Source of the DNA: Octopus sinensis
Lineage: Eukaryota
Assembly: GCF_006345805.1 (NCBI RefSeq)
Contig: NC_043011.1
Coordinates: 46,140,464-46,204,463, forward strand
Reading direction: 5' to 3'
Length of the DNA stretch: 64,000 nucleotides
The notes under the pieces are model-generated. The model saw only the letters and a list, made by a program, of their open reading frames with translations, was not told where the DNA came from and made no database searches. This document shows positions 39,380-51,875 of the stretch, in pieces (position 1 is the stretch's first letter; the number at the start of each line of letters is the position of its first letter). The position numbers and the translations under genes are program-made.

Positions 39380-40090
39380 GTTCAAATCCATGTTCATCTC
39401 GTGGTAAGCCTAATAAAAGACGCTAACAGAACCAAGATAGGAAACAACTGAATACAGGGAAATAACTCTAGGCAATATTTGATAACAGTTATTGCCCTTT
39501 GTTCAATATCTTGTTTATCGTTAAGCAAATAGTAAAATTCAGAGTCCACGATATTCTAATATTTATTACGCTTTCACAAAAAATATCCTTATAATAACGC
39601 AAAAATAAAAAGAGGAAAACAAAAGCAGGAGTCGGCAAAATAAAAATGAAGAAATACTATTCCTGGTGTATGTCGGCTGAAATTTAATGAGAATTATTTG
39701 AGTACTTACAGAAAAATGAAGTAAATATGTAAAGTTGCTGAAAAGTTCCTGCTTCTAAGAATACCAAGAGAGGCCTTGTTGGATGCCCAACCTTACGAGT
39801 TCTTTTACAGTGCTTAGAAAAACCGAAGGACTCCAGCAATAGGTGTATGAATCTGAATAAAACCATAATTATCTGATCCTCCAGTATTTTCTTTTACTCA
39901 AAGCCAGGAACTTTTCAACACCCATTCGTGCGTACTTTGTATGTGCTCTCTCCCATGTACTTTAAAGAGATTTTTAAAATACGAAATTTATTTTTTAATA
40001 ACGGCAGTAAATTAGCAAAAAAACTTTACCATTTTTTTCTACAATTTTTGCGTTGGGGAATGCAGAGTAAATACATATCAATAATATAGC
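39380..40090. promoter_or_regulatory. Second CpG-retaining segment; possible promoter / first-exon region
   Basis: CG-rich unique sequence. Minus-strand GTAAGT donor-like site near 39709. Confidence 0.3.
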
Positions 40091-41831
40091 GCGGGCATGG
40101 CTGTGTGGTTAGGGAGCTTGCTTCCTAGCTATATGGTTTCGGGTTCAGTCCCACTGCGTGACACTTTGGGTAGGTGTCTTCCACTATAGCCCCGAGCCGA
40201 CCGAAGCTTTGTGATTGAATTCGGCAGGCGGAAGTTACTGCCGTGTGTGTATATGTGCATGTAGGTGCTTGTGCCTCTCTGAAATAGAGAGGGTCACATC
40301 AACACACACACGCACACACACACGCACACACACACAACTCACATTCTATCTCTTTCCTTCTCTTTTCCTGGTAAATCCCAGTGAAAAGTTTGGCCCTCTG
40401 CCTAGTTAGAAGGAATAAATATTTAATGTTTATTTTTCATTCGGTTGTCTGCATTAGAAATATTCTAACACTGATACAGGTTTCAAAGTCAGGTAACAGT
40501 AAATTGCTGATTAATTTTCGCATGATACAATATTGATGTTAAGAGACAAGTCTCAGCAATGGACAACTAGTCAGGATGTTTGAGATTCAGGTCGTGTTAA
40601 CTATGTTGTATTGTACCCTTTCATAAAGCTCATTCATTATTTAATTCATTTGTGTCTAATTAACCAAAAATTATGTACCAATATCAATTCAGAATTCAGT
40701 GATGATTATGGAATATACATTTCTTTAATGCCCACAGGGAGCTAAACATAGAGGGGCCAAACGAGGACAGACGAAGGGATTAAGTCGATTACATCGACCC
40801 CAGTGTGTGCACACACATACACACAAACATTTTTTCTCTCTAATAAGCATAGGGTTCTTTTCATTTTAAAATATAAATATTGTGTGTATAATTATTAATA
40901 TTGTGTACACTCACGATTTTATTGAATTGGCCCCGAAAGGATGAAAGGCAAAATCAACCTCAGTGGAATTTGAACTCAGAACATAACGGTAGACAAAATA
41001 CCTCTGTGCATTTTGCATAGCATGCTAACGATGCTGCCAGCTCGCCACCCCTATGATTATGGAATATTAAATATAAAATCATGAGTGTATACAATATTTA
41101 TATTTGTACACACAATATTTACATTTTAAAATGAAAGGAACCCTATGCTTATTAAAAAGAAATAATGTTTGTGTGTATGTGTGTGCACATGTACATACAT
41201 GCATGCACGCACGCATGCACACACACACATACACACACAACTATAGATCTTCAAAGCCCATTGATTAGAGTTCATGCAACCCACTTCAGATGAAGAAATT
41301 TACAATCATTTGTGACTTTATGCAGAATATTAGCGTGTATGCATGCAGCCTACTGGCTTTCTAGACCTCAGTCAAACCGTCCAACCCATGTCAACATGGA
41401 AAACGGATGTTAAACGATGATGATGAAATATATTCACTCACACGCACACATGTATGTATATATATCTAGGAGTGTGTGCCTTTGTGTCTGTGTTTGCCAC
41501 CCCCCTTGACAACCAGTGTTGGTGTGTTTATGTCCCTGTAACTTAGTAGTTGGGCACAATATACAATTGACTAAATACCAGGTTTTAAAAAAGACTAAGT
41601 ACTGGGGTGAATTCATTTGACTAAAATCCTTCAAGGCGGTACCCCAGCATGGCTGCAGTCTAATGACTGAAACAAGTAAAAGATAAATGGTAAAAAAGAT
41701 GGAATATTTCCAAAATATTGTTACTTGTCTTTGTACATGTCAAAACCGTTACAACCATATTTAATTTGGAGCTAGTGAATGTTTTTTCCCTGTATATCAA
41801 ATATTTATTGAAAAAATATGAAAATAACAAT

Positions 41832-42231
41832 TACTAGCAGTAATGCCCAGCGTTGCTCAGGTTTGTTTTCATTTCGACCGTTTAGAATTGGAATTTTCGA
41901 AAAGTAAAATTTTGCATTATGCAGCTTGTTATTCTCTTTATGTGAACATTTTTCCGGTTGAAATACACCGAAAAATGGCAACACAGCAGTAAAAAAATCG
42001 TAAAAAATAAAGGGATTTTCATAGAAAAAAATCACCAATTTGATGTAAATAATTTTTGGTGTTAACATGGTCCAATTTGAATTTTATCTTCTACGGAATG
42101 AAGAGCAAGCCTTCTTCTATCATACTCTCAATTTTGGTGAACTTGCGCCGCAGGGTCTCGGAGGAGATAGAATTAGTTGAAGGCTACCAAACCTGCCATA
42201 CACAGACAACTTCAGCTTTATATATATAGAT
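41832..42231 (+). mobile_element. Non-autonomous Helitron/HINE-like element
   Basis: ACTAGCAGTAATGCCCAGCGTTGCTC 5' end and ACAGACAACTTCAGCTTTATATATATAGAT 3' end, typical of HINE-type elements. Confidence 0.65.
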
Positions 42232-43458
42232 TTGAAACAAGATTCAGATTATGCATTGATGCACAATTGTATCTTCATAATGTTACTATCTAGCCTTTCT
42301 GAACTAACTGTGGAATTGAATTATAAATGTTACTTTTTCATTCTTTATCTAAAACCTCTGTGAATCATCATCACATGCAGAGGTTTTTAGTTCAGGACTG
42401 TTCATCTTCATTCACAAATGTATCTATTATGAAATATGTGAATCCTTTCAATTTATACTTTGTTCAGGTTGTTGACACATATTAGAGTTCAAAACACTTG
42501 TTCTCATTGCTATCAACAATGAAACCTCATCAAGCTTTGTTATCTTATATGCATCATTGCTCAGAATGTAAAAATTCCTACCATTTTCATTGTAATCATT
42601 GACAATAGCTATTTAAATTGAACTGAAATAAATATCCTATTTATTCATTCTATTTATTCATGCAAGTTCATGGCTAAATGATTAGGAGTTGGCTCATTAT
42701 AATAAAGAGTTCAATTCTTGGATGGGGTGGGGTATTATGTCCCTGAGTTAGGGATATTATTTCATATTAGATGTATTTCATTTCAGTTGTTATTAGTACC
42801 AGCTGGGTGCTGGGACAGCATCCTTTCCCTCCAGATGCTCTATCTTTGATGCTCTGCTGCAACCAAAAGCAAGGGAGTCAAGAATGTGTGCATGTGGCTA
42901 CACAGGCACCTAAAATAATTAGTGAAAGCATGTTACATGCTACCAAGCCATACTTGCTTGTCAGTGAAGACTGGCTGTGTACTATTTTTTCTTTTTTTCT
43001 TTTACTTTCGATTCCATTGGTTTAACGACATGCAACAAAGAGAATTTTTGCGATTCAATAGATGACACATTTTACTTGCAGTTATTTGAAAATACTTTGG
43101 CAAATTAAACACGGAATAAATGAATAAAGCAAACAAAATAACTGGAGCAGATGTAATTGCAGTTTCAAAAGGTAGTGTTATGAGGTTAGGGAAATATTTC
43201 ATTGGAGGAATATGACACAACTAAATTCATCGACCCAGTCTCATTATGTACCAGTGTTAATAGTTTGGTGTATGTGGACAACTGGGTGAAGCTAGTATGG
43301 TTTCCTGGTTTAGTTTCAGCATCCACCAGATGTTTTATCAGCACTGGATTAACACATAAAACAAAATAAGCACATGCTCAGGGCATCAAGGAACAGGGGC
43401 ACCACAGAAATGAAAATGGTCTGTGGCACAAAAGAAATCTCTTTAACTCTTTCCTTAA

Positions 43459-43667
43459 CCAACCCAGCTGAAACCGGCTCTGGATCTGAGTACAAATGTC
43501 TTGCTTTCATAAGTTTTGAATTAAAATCTTCCACCAAACCTTAGTCACAATTTATGTTCCTAACACTAGCTTAATGATAACTAAATTATTTTACTAAATC
43601 CTTTGTTATATTTAAAATTAACTGAAAGAAACACAGAGCATCTCAAAATAATATGGTAGCAAAAGGG
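43459..43667. mobile_element. piggyBac-like TTAA MITE (second family)
   Basis: TTAA at 43455-43458 and AAAAGGG-TTAA ending at 43671. Confidence 0.6.
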
Positions 43668-44756
43668 TTAAACTTGCTAATATAATATTCGTAATGCCTT
43701 ATCTCTTCTAAGTATAGAAGCAGAAGTTTTACATAAAATTAATTTTAACAATATCCTCAAACACTTCGCAATTAATAAAAAAAAAATGGAGAAAACTTTT
43801 CAAATATAAATAAAATGGAATAATGCAAAAATAGACATTATTTTCCCTCTTACTGTTAATTTTGTTTCATTTTCAAAAATAAAAACATATTTTATGGTTT
43901 ATAATTGTTTACATTTTGAACCATTAACATCTACTTGAGGGCACCAAAACCTTTTAAGTGCTTAGGGCCTGTATAGATCTTAATCTGGCCTTATGTTCTG
44001 TCAACACATTTTCAACTCTATTCCAACCTATTTCTCATTCTCTGCTTTAATTATAAGTAAATCAAATATTTATATAAACATAACTGTGGCAATCATTTCC
44101 TAAACTAATTTTCAGGGTCACCTTATTGACATTATAATGTTTGGTAGAAGCATTTTTTGGAGTTCAAAGTTTATTTCTGGTTACGAATTGAACAGAAAAA
44201 GGAGCAAGAAACACGTTGCAGAAAGTTGCAGATTCAGACTCAGGAAACTGAACCTTTCAGGTGAGATAATGAAGGATCAAGATACCTGGCACCTGGCCAT
44301 ACTCAAGAAGACCTGTATCTCACAACAGAAGAGTTGAAATCTACCCTTCTGGTTGTGTGAAGCACTCATGGTGGTTCCAGGTAAAAGCACCCATGCAGTG
44401 CCATGTAAAAGTACCTGTGCAGTGATCCATAAAAGCACCTGTGTGGTGCTGTGTAAAAGTGTCTGTGCAGTATTATGTAAAATTGTCCAGTACACTCTGT
44501 AAAGTAGATGGTATTAGGAAGGGCATGCAGCTGTAGAAACCATACCAAATCAGAATGGAGGCAGCTCAGGTCACACCATCCAACCCATGTTTGCATGGAC
44601 AACAAACGTTAAATGATGATAATGATGATGAGGATGAAGTGTGTTGAGTCTGTTGATGTAGATAATTCAGACAAATGTTCCAAGGTATTAGAGCTTAGGT
44701 TAAACCAATAAAATACTTGAACAGATATGGTATATATTTTTAAAAAATATTCATAC

Positions 44757-44998
44757 TTTATTTACATTATTTACATTTGATGGATATTAATCCTCATCTT
44801 GTTTGTTGTTAACATGTTTTGGCTGATATACCCTCCAGCCTTCAACAGGTGTCTTGGGCAAATTTCAAACCTGGGTTCTCATTTCTAAGGTATTTTACGA
44901 TGTTTTTATTATTATTATTATTTTCATTATTCAGATCACTGCCTGGAATGGAATCTTGGGGTTAGTAGCCCACGCTCTTAACCACTATGTCATATACC
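44757..44998 (-). mobile_element. Family F SINE, full-length copy (minus strand)
   Basis: Reverse complement gives the same tRNA head, (AAT)n and tail. Core decayed to CTGTTGA..AAAAC. Confidence 0.7.
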
Positions 44999-45200
44999 TT
45001 AGGAATGAGAACCCAGGTTAGAAATTTTCCCAAGAGACCTGATGAAGGCTGGCGGGTATATCAGCCAAAACGTTGTGTTAACAACAAACAAGATGAGGAA
45101 AAATATCTGTCAAATGTAAATAATGTAAATAATGTACATAATTCTTCATCTCTGAAATATAGAACTGAAATATTCATACTATTTAACTGTAAATGGTTAA
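44994..45200 (+). mobile_element. Family F tail-only copy, inverted relative to and abutting the previous copy
   Basis: Begins ATACCTTAGGAATGAGAACCC. CTGATGA at 45039-45045, GGCTG/CAGCC stem, AAAACGTT-GTGTT. Confidence 0.7.
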
Positions 45201-45294
45201 AATGATGATCTATTTTAATGGGTGGTTGTTGGATGAACGAAACTTCCTAATATATTTACACATATTTTTGGAAGTTTACCATTAATTGTTATAG

Positions 45295-45770
45295 TGGAAC
45301 ACACTCTTGAAATAGATGGTCAGAGCAATGAAGTTGACTGTATATTAACATTCTTATTTCTTTATTGCCCACAAGGGGCTAAACATAGAGGGGACAAACA
45401 AGGACAGACAAAGGGGTTAAGTCAATTACATCGACCCCAGTGCATAACTGGTACTTAATTTATCGACCCCGAAAGGATGAAAGGCAAAGTGGACCTCAGC
45501 AGAATTTGAACTCAGAACGTAGCGGCAGATGAAATACCTATTTGTTTACTGCCCACAAGGGGCTAAACACAGAGGGGACAAACAAGGACAGACAAACGGA
45601 TTAAGTCGATTACATTGACCCTAGTGCGTAACTGGTACTTAATTTATCGACCCCGAAAGGATGAAAGGCAAAGTGGATCTCGGCGGAATTTGAACTCAGA
45701 ACGTAGCGGCAGACGAAATACCACTAAGCATTTCGCCCGGCACGCTAACGTTTCTGCCACCTCACCTCTC
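45295..45770 (-). mobile_element. Head-to-tail dimer of family B SINE (minus strand)
   Basis: Two consecutive reverse-complement units. Confidence 0.85.
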
Positions 45771-46158
45771 AGACATATTTAGTTTTCTTAATCATGAATA
45801 ACTGATTATTATGGTTCTAGCAGCAAATTTAGAACTAAAGGAAGGGCAGTTGTTTTCATTTTTTATTTTAAAACTTGTTGATCTATTTTCCGTCAGATCT
45901 ATAATTATGAACTGCATTTAACAATTATTTTTAGGTTAGTAATTACTTGGGATATTATATAGCCCTAATGCTTTACGTAATTCATATTGTTAGGAGTGGC
46001 TGTGTGGTAAGTAGTTTGCTTACCAGCCACATGGTTTCGGGTTCAGTCCCACTGCGTGGTACCTTGGGCAAGTGTCTTCTACTATAGCCTCGGGCTGACC
46101 AAAGCCTTGTGAGTGGATTTGGTAGACAGAAACTGAAAGAAGCCTGTTGTGTGTGTGC

Positions 46159-46198
<40 letters not shown>

Positions 46199-46737
46199 CG
46201 TTGCCTTACTGGCACTTGTGCCAGTGACACAGAAAAAATATTTGAGCAAGGTCGTTGCCAGTGCCGCTGGACTGGCTCCTGTGCAGGTGGCACATAAAAG
46301 CACCCACTACACTCTCAGAGTGGTTGGTGTTAGGAAGCGCATCCAGCTGTAGAAACTCTGGCAGATCAGATTGGAGCCTTGTACAGCCATCTGGTTCGCC
46401 AGTCCTCATTCAAATCGTCCGACCCGTGTCAGTATGGAAAGTGGACATTAAACGATGATGATTACAAACTTAGTAGTTTTTACATCTAGCTGCTATTTAT
46501 AGCGTTGCAACCATTTGGATTTTAAAAATGACCAATTCATATACTATCCCTGATAATGTTCTGTAGCTTTGGCAAATACAATTAACCTTAACATAATACT
46601 GGTTTCAACTTTTGGCACAAGGCCAGCAATTTCAGAGGTAGGGACAAGTCAATTACATTGACCCCAGTACTGAACCACGAAAGGATGAAAGACAAAGTCC
46701 AACTTATTCCTTCTCGATTCCTTTTGCAATGGTTTAG

Positions 46738-47304
46738 CCCTTTAGTGGTCAAATAACTCTGTCAAATGTAACATGTATTTATATTGTTTTGAATTAGCCA
46801 TGTATTACCATGTAGCTTAGCGATTTCAATGATGTCTCTTTTACTCTTTCAGTCATTTGACTGTGGCCATGCTGGAGCAATGTCTTTTAGTCAAGCAAAT
46901 CGATCCCAGGGCTTATTCTTTGTAAGCCTAGTACTGAGTCTATCGGTCTCTTTTGCCGAACTGCTAAGTTATGGGGATGTAAACACACCAGCATCGGTTG
47001 TCAAGTGATGTTGGGGGACAAACACAGACACACAAACACACATATATATTCATACATGTATATGACGGGCTTCTTTCAGTTTCCGTCTACCAAATCCACT
47101 CACAAGGCTTTGGTCGGTCTGGGGATATAGTAGAAGACACTTGCCCAAGGTGCCACGCAGTGGGACTGAACCTGAAAACATGTGATTGTAAATTTTTAGA
47201 ATGACATTCTAGGGTTGGTGTAAGAGGCCAGATCTGACCAGTTTGAACATAAAACAGGTAGAATGTCATGGCCGAATATGGCCAGTTTAATGGCTGAGGG
47301 GTAA
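46738..47304. mobile_element. TTAA MITE (same family as 23358-23577) interrupted by a family A SINE (~46838-47185)
   Basis: CCCTTTAG..ACTCTGTCAAATGT start and TGACCAGTTTGAACATAAAAC..GGCCAGTTTAA end match the 23.4-kb copy. Confidence 0.6.
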
Positions 47305-48990
47305 GGGAAGTTTTCAAACACAGACAATTTGTGTATTTAGAAACGTTTTTATATTGCAGTTGAGAACTAAATTTAATTAGTGAAGCTCATTTCTGAGAAC
47401 CACATGGTAGCAACTAGCTCTGTAGAAATCTAGGTTTGCCATTTTGTTTTCTTTCTTGGTTGCAATAATAATTTCCATTTATTTGAACTTCAGGACTGCT
47501 AATTTTCCCCTTTCTCATGAAATCAGTCGATAATAACCCACTGATGATAATACCTGAACAGAAATGTTATATATTGTTTGAAAATATTCACACTAATTAA
47601 CTGTAAATGGCTGAAACGATGATCTATATTTTAATCAAAGACTCTGCAAGCAGAAAATAAAGATATTCAATGTGTTAATAATTTAAAAAAATTATCTAAC
47701 CAAATTATATTACAAAATTAGTATCCATCCAATAAACTAATGAGTTTGATATTTAACATGGAATGGTCTAAATGATATTTTTTTATTCTTTTACTTGTTT
47801 CAGTCATTTGACTGTGGCCATGCTGGAGCACCGCCTTTAGTCGAGCAAATCAACCCCAGGACTTACTCTTTGTAAGCCTAGTACTTATTCTATCAGTCTC
47901 TCTTGTCGTACTGCTAACTGATGGAGACGTAAACACACCATCATCCGTTGTCAAGCGATATAGGGGTACAAACACAGACACACAAACATATACATACACA
48001 CACACACACACAACACATATATATATATATTCATACATGTATATGACGGGCTTCTTTCAGTTTCCGTCTACCAAATCCACTCACAAGGCTTGGTCGGTCT
48101 GGGGATATAGTAGAAGACACTTGCCCAAGGTGCCACGCAGTGGGACTGAACCTGAAAACATGTGATTGTAAATTTTTAGAATGACATTCTAGGGTTGGTG
48201 TAAGAGGCCAGATCTGACCAGTTTGAACATAAAACAGGTAGAATGTCATGGCCGAATATGGCCAGTTTAATGGCTGAGGGGTAAGGGAAGTTTTCAAACA
48301 CAGACAATTTGTGTATTTAGAAACGTTTTTATATTGCAGTTGAGAACTAAATTTAATTAGTGAAGCTCATTTCTGAGAACCACATGGTAGCAACTAGCTC
48401 TGTAGAAATCTAGGTTTGCCATTTTGTTTTCTTTCTTGGTTGCAATAATAATTTCCATTTATTTGAACTTCAGGACTGCTAATTTTCCCCTTTCTCATGA
48501 AATCAGTCGATAATAACCCACTGATGATAATACCTGAACAGAAATGTTATATATTGTTTGAAAATATTCACACTAATTAACTGTAAATGGCTGAAACGAT
48601 GATCTATATTTTAATCAAAGACTCTGCAAGCAGAAAATAAAGATATCAATGTGTTAATAATTTAAAAAAATTATCTAACCAAATTATATTACAAAATTAG
48701 TATCCATCCAATAAACTAATGAGTTTGATATTTAACATGGAATGGTCTAAATGATATTTTTTTATTCTTTTACTTGTTTCAGTCATTTGACTGTGGCCAT
48801 GCTGGAGCACCGCCTTTAGTCGAGCAAATCAACCCCAGGACTTACTCTTTGTAAGCCTAGTACTTATTCTATCAGTCTCTCTTGTCGTACTGCTAACTGA
48901 TGGAGACGTAAACACACCATCATCCGTTGTCAAGCGATATAGGGGGTACAAACACAGACACACAAACATATACATACACACACACACACA
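47040..48990. repeat. Tandem duplication, ~980-bp period, breakpoints inside family A SINE microsatellites
   Basis: 47051 aligns with 48032 and 47763 with 48742. The differences seen are 1-bp indels in runs. Confidence 0.93.
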
Positions 48991-49680
48991 CATATATATA
49001 TACATAGACGATGGACTTGTTTCAGTTTCCGTTTACCAAATCCACTCACAAGGCTTTGGTCGGCCCGAGGCTATAGTAGAAGACACTTGCACAAGGTGCC
49101 ACGCAGTGGGACTGAACCAAGAACCATGTTGTTGGTAAGCAAGCTACTTACCACACAGCCACTTCTGTGCCTATAGCCACTCTTGCGCCTATCTGTAAGA
49201 AAATAGCAGACAAGGAGATTTTCCAGAAGTTACAATTGGTGCAACGGAGAGGAGGACAGTTGGACACTGAGGATTTTTCAATGAAATTCAGCCGACTGAA
49301 TCAGTGGAGTAGTGGCTTATTTGTAGAAGCAGAAGAGAGACTGAGACAAATAAACAATTTATCATTTATCAATACTTAAAATTTATTATGAGGCGAATAA
49401 TTCATAGAAATATAATAATAAATCTCTCAATATCGGACATTTATATAACAAATAAATGACAACACAGAACTGAAGGTCTAAAATAGCAACTAACAAAAAT
49501 CTATTTAATCGTTGCAGGTTTAGGGCAACTTCTACTCAAGTTTTATGCTTCCTGTGTTCTTGGCCACCATCTATTGACTGCACAGCTATATATTGAGAGA
49601 GGGAGAGAGAGAGAGAGTGCCATATATATATATGTATATTATATACATATATATATATATACATATAATATATACATAAA

Positions 49681-49721
<41 letters not shown>

Positions 49722-49769
49722 GCATATATATACATATACATATATATATATATAACATATAATACATAC

Positions 49770-49807
<38 letters not shown>

Positions 49808-50312
49808 TTTACTCTCTTTTACTCTTTTACTTGTTTCTGTCATTTGACTGTGGCCATGCTGGAGCACCGCCTTTAGTTGAGCAAATCGACCCCTGGACTT
49901 ATTCTTTGTAAGCCTACTACTTATTCTTTCGGTCTCTTTTGCCGAACCGCTAAGTTACGGGGATGTAAACACACCAGCATTGGTTGTCAAGCGATGTTGG
50001 GGTGACAAACAGACACAAACACACACATATATATACATATACATATATACGACGGGCTTCTTTTCAGTTTCCGTCTACCAAATCCACTCACAAGGCTTTG
50101 GTCAGCCTGAGGCTATAGTAGAAGACACTTGCCCAAGATGCCACACAGTGGGACTGAACCCAGAATCATGTGGCTGGTAAGCAAGCTACTTACCACACAG
50201 CCACTCCTGCGCCTGTATAACATATATATATACATATATATGTATAAATATGTTATACATAACACACACACACACATGCACACACACACATATGTGTATA
50301 TATATATATATA

Positions 50313-50784
50313 CATCAACAATCAAGGAACGGCCATAATAGGCCATTCACCCACTAGAAATAACAGCCAAAGCTTCAACCGCAAATAAAAGTCAATTCCG
50401 TAAACAGAGAAAAATTTAAAAAACATTTACCCTGTAATTTCTTATACGGTACACCGTTTCGTCTGCTGTTTAATGGTAAACTAACCTGATTAAATTAAAT
50501 CAAGCCAATCTTCCATAGGCCCTCAGATTCTTCAGTAAGAAATAGCCACACAAGTCGGAACAGATATTACACGAGGCATTCCGACCCTGCCAAGTTAAAA
50601 TCTGACCTAAAATTTTCAAATCATCGCACTCGCGCAAAATTTATCGGCAGCAAATAAATATAAGCCGTCGATTCCATTGACTTTTATTTTAGCCGTCGGA
50701 ATTGACTTTTATTTGCGGTTGAAGCTTTGGCTGTTATTTCTAGTGGGTGAATGGCCTATTATGGCCGTTCCTTGATTGTTGATG
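50313..50784. mobile_element. MITE with ~88-bp perfect TIRs
   Basis: CATCAACAATCAAGGAACGGCC...GTCAATTCCG (50313-50400) is the reverse complement of 50697-50784. Left flank is (TA)n. Confidence 0.85.
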
Positions 50785-51607
50785 TTGAACTTAAAAATGG
50801 TCTATGACTGTTTAATTTTTTCCCACTAGGCCGCTGGTGGCAAAAAAATTCTACAAAATTTTTTTTGGCACCCTATATTGATTAATATATATATATATAC
50901 ATATATGTGTGTGTGTGTGTTGGAAAAAGATTTTATTCATAGTAACAGTTCACTGTTTCCTTATAACACTTGTCGTCACAATACATTTTAAAATTTGGAC
51001 AGCATATGTATATATATTGATAGATCTGTGTGTTTTTATAATTGAATATATATCTATTCCCCTGTCTTTCAAAATAACGAAAATAACCAAATGCAAAAAT
51101 AGACTTCTGTTTAAGTTTAAAATTTGATTTAGAAGAGAAAAACAAATTTGTGACGACTAGAAAAAGTGATTATTTATCCAATTAACCTAATGAGTAGAAG
51201 ATTAAAACAACTTCTTTTCATAGTGCAAGGCCATTTATGTCTAATTTCTTCACAAAGACATGGTTTAAAAGTTGTAATATATTGGCTATAACCAAGCCAA
51301 TGCCTGGGTGGTGCAAGAGCTGTGCTAACACAGGGATGGGCTTCCAGGAAAACTTGTACACCTGAATAATTTATAGGTGCCGGCATGCCTATGCGAGTGA
51401 GAAGTCTGCTTTAAAAACCACATGGTCATAAGTCCAGTTCCCCAACCATACAGCTTATTGGGTAAATGTCTTCTTGGTTGAATTGTAACCTGTGAATGGT
51501 ATTTGCATAACAGAAACTGCACAGAGATCCAGTGTTTGATAAGTACCAATGCATGAAAATCTCAGCTCTTGAATCACTCTGTTGTTTCTGCTAATATATG
51601 TATATAT

Positions 51608-51642
<35 letters not shown>

Positions 51643-51875
51643 CATTTTAAAATTTGGACAGCATATGTATATATATATTGATAGATCTGTGTGTTTTCAT
51701 GTTTGAATGTATATCTATTCCCCTCTTATATGTATGTAATAATTTTTCTGAATCTTCAGATTTATCAATATGCTAGGCCACTGGTTTTAAATTGGTATTA
51801 ACAAATTAATATACAATTTTTAACCCTTATTTTATACATAGATATATATACACACGCACACACACACACACATAC

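Noticed and set aside
47535-47575. CTGATGA...GAAATGTT (duplicated at ~48520-48555) as a hammerhead
   Set aside because: No convincing stem II and no stem I complement after the putative cleavage site.
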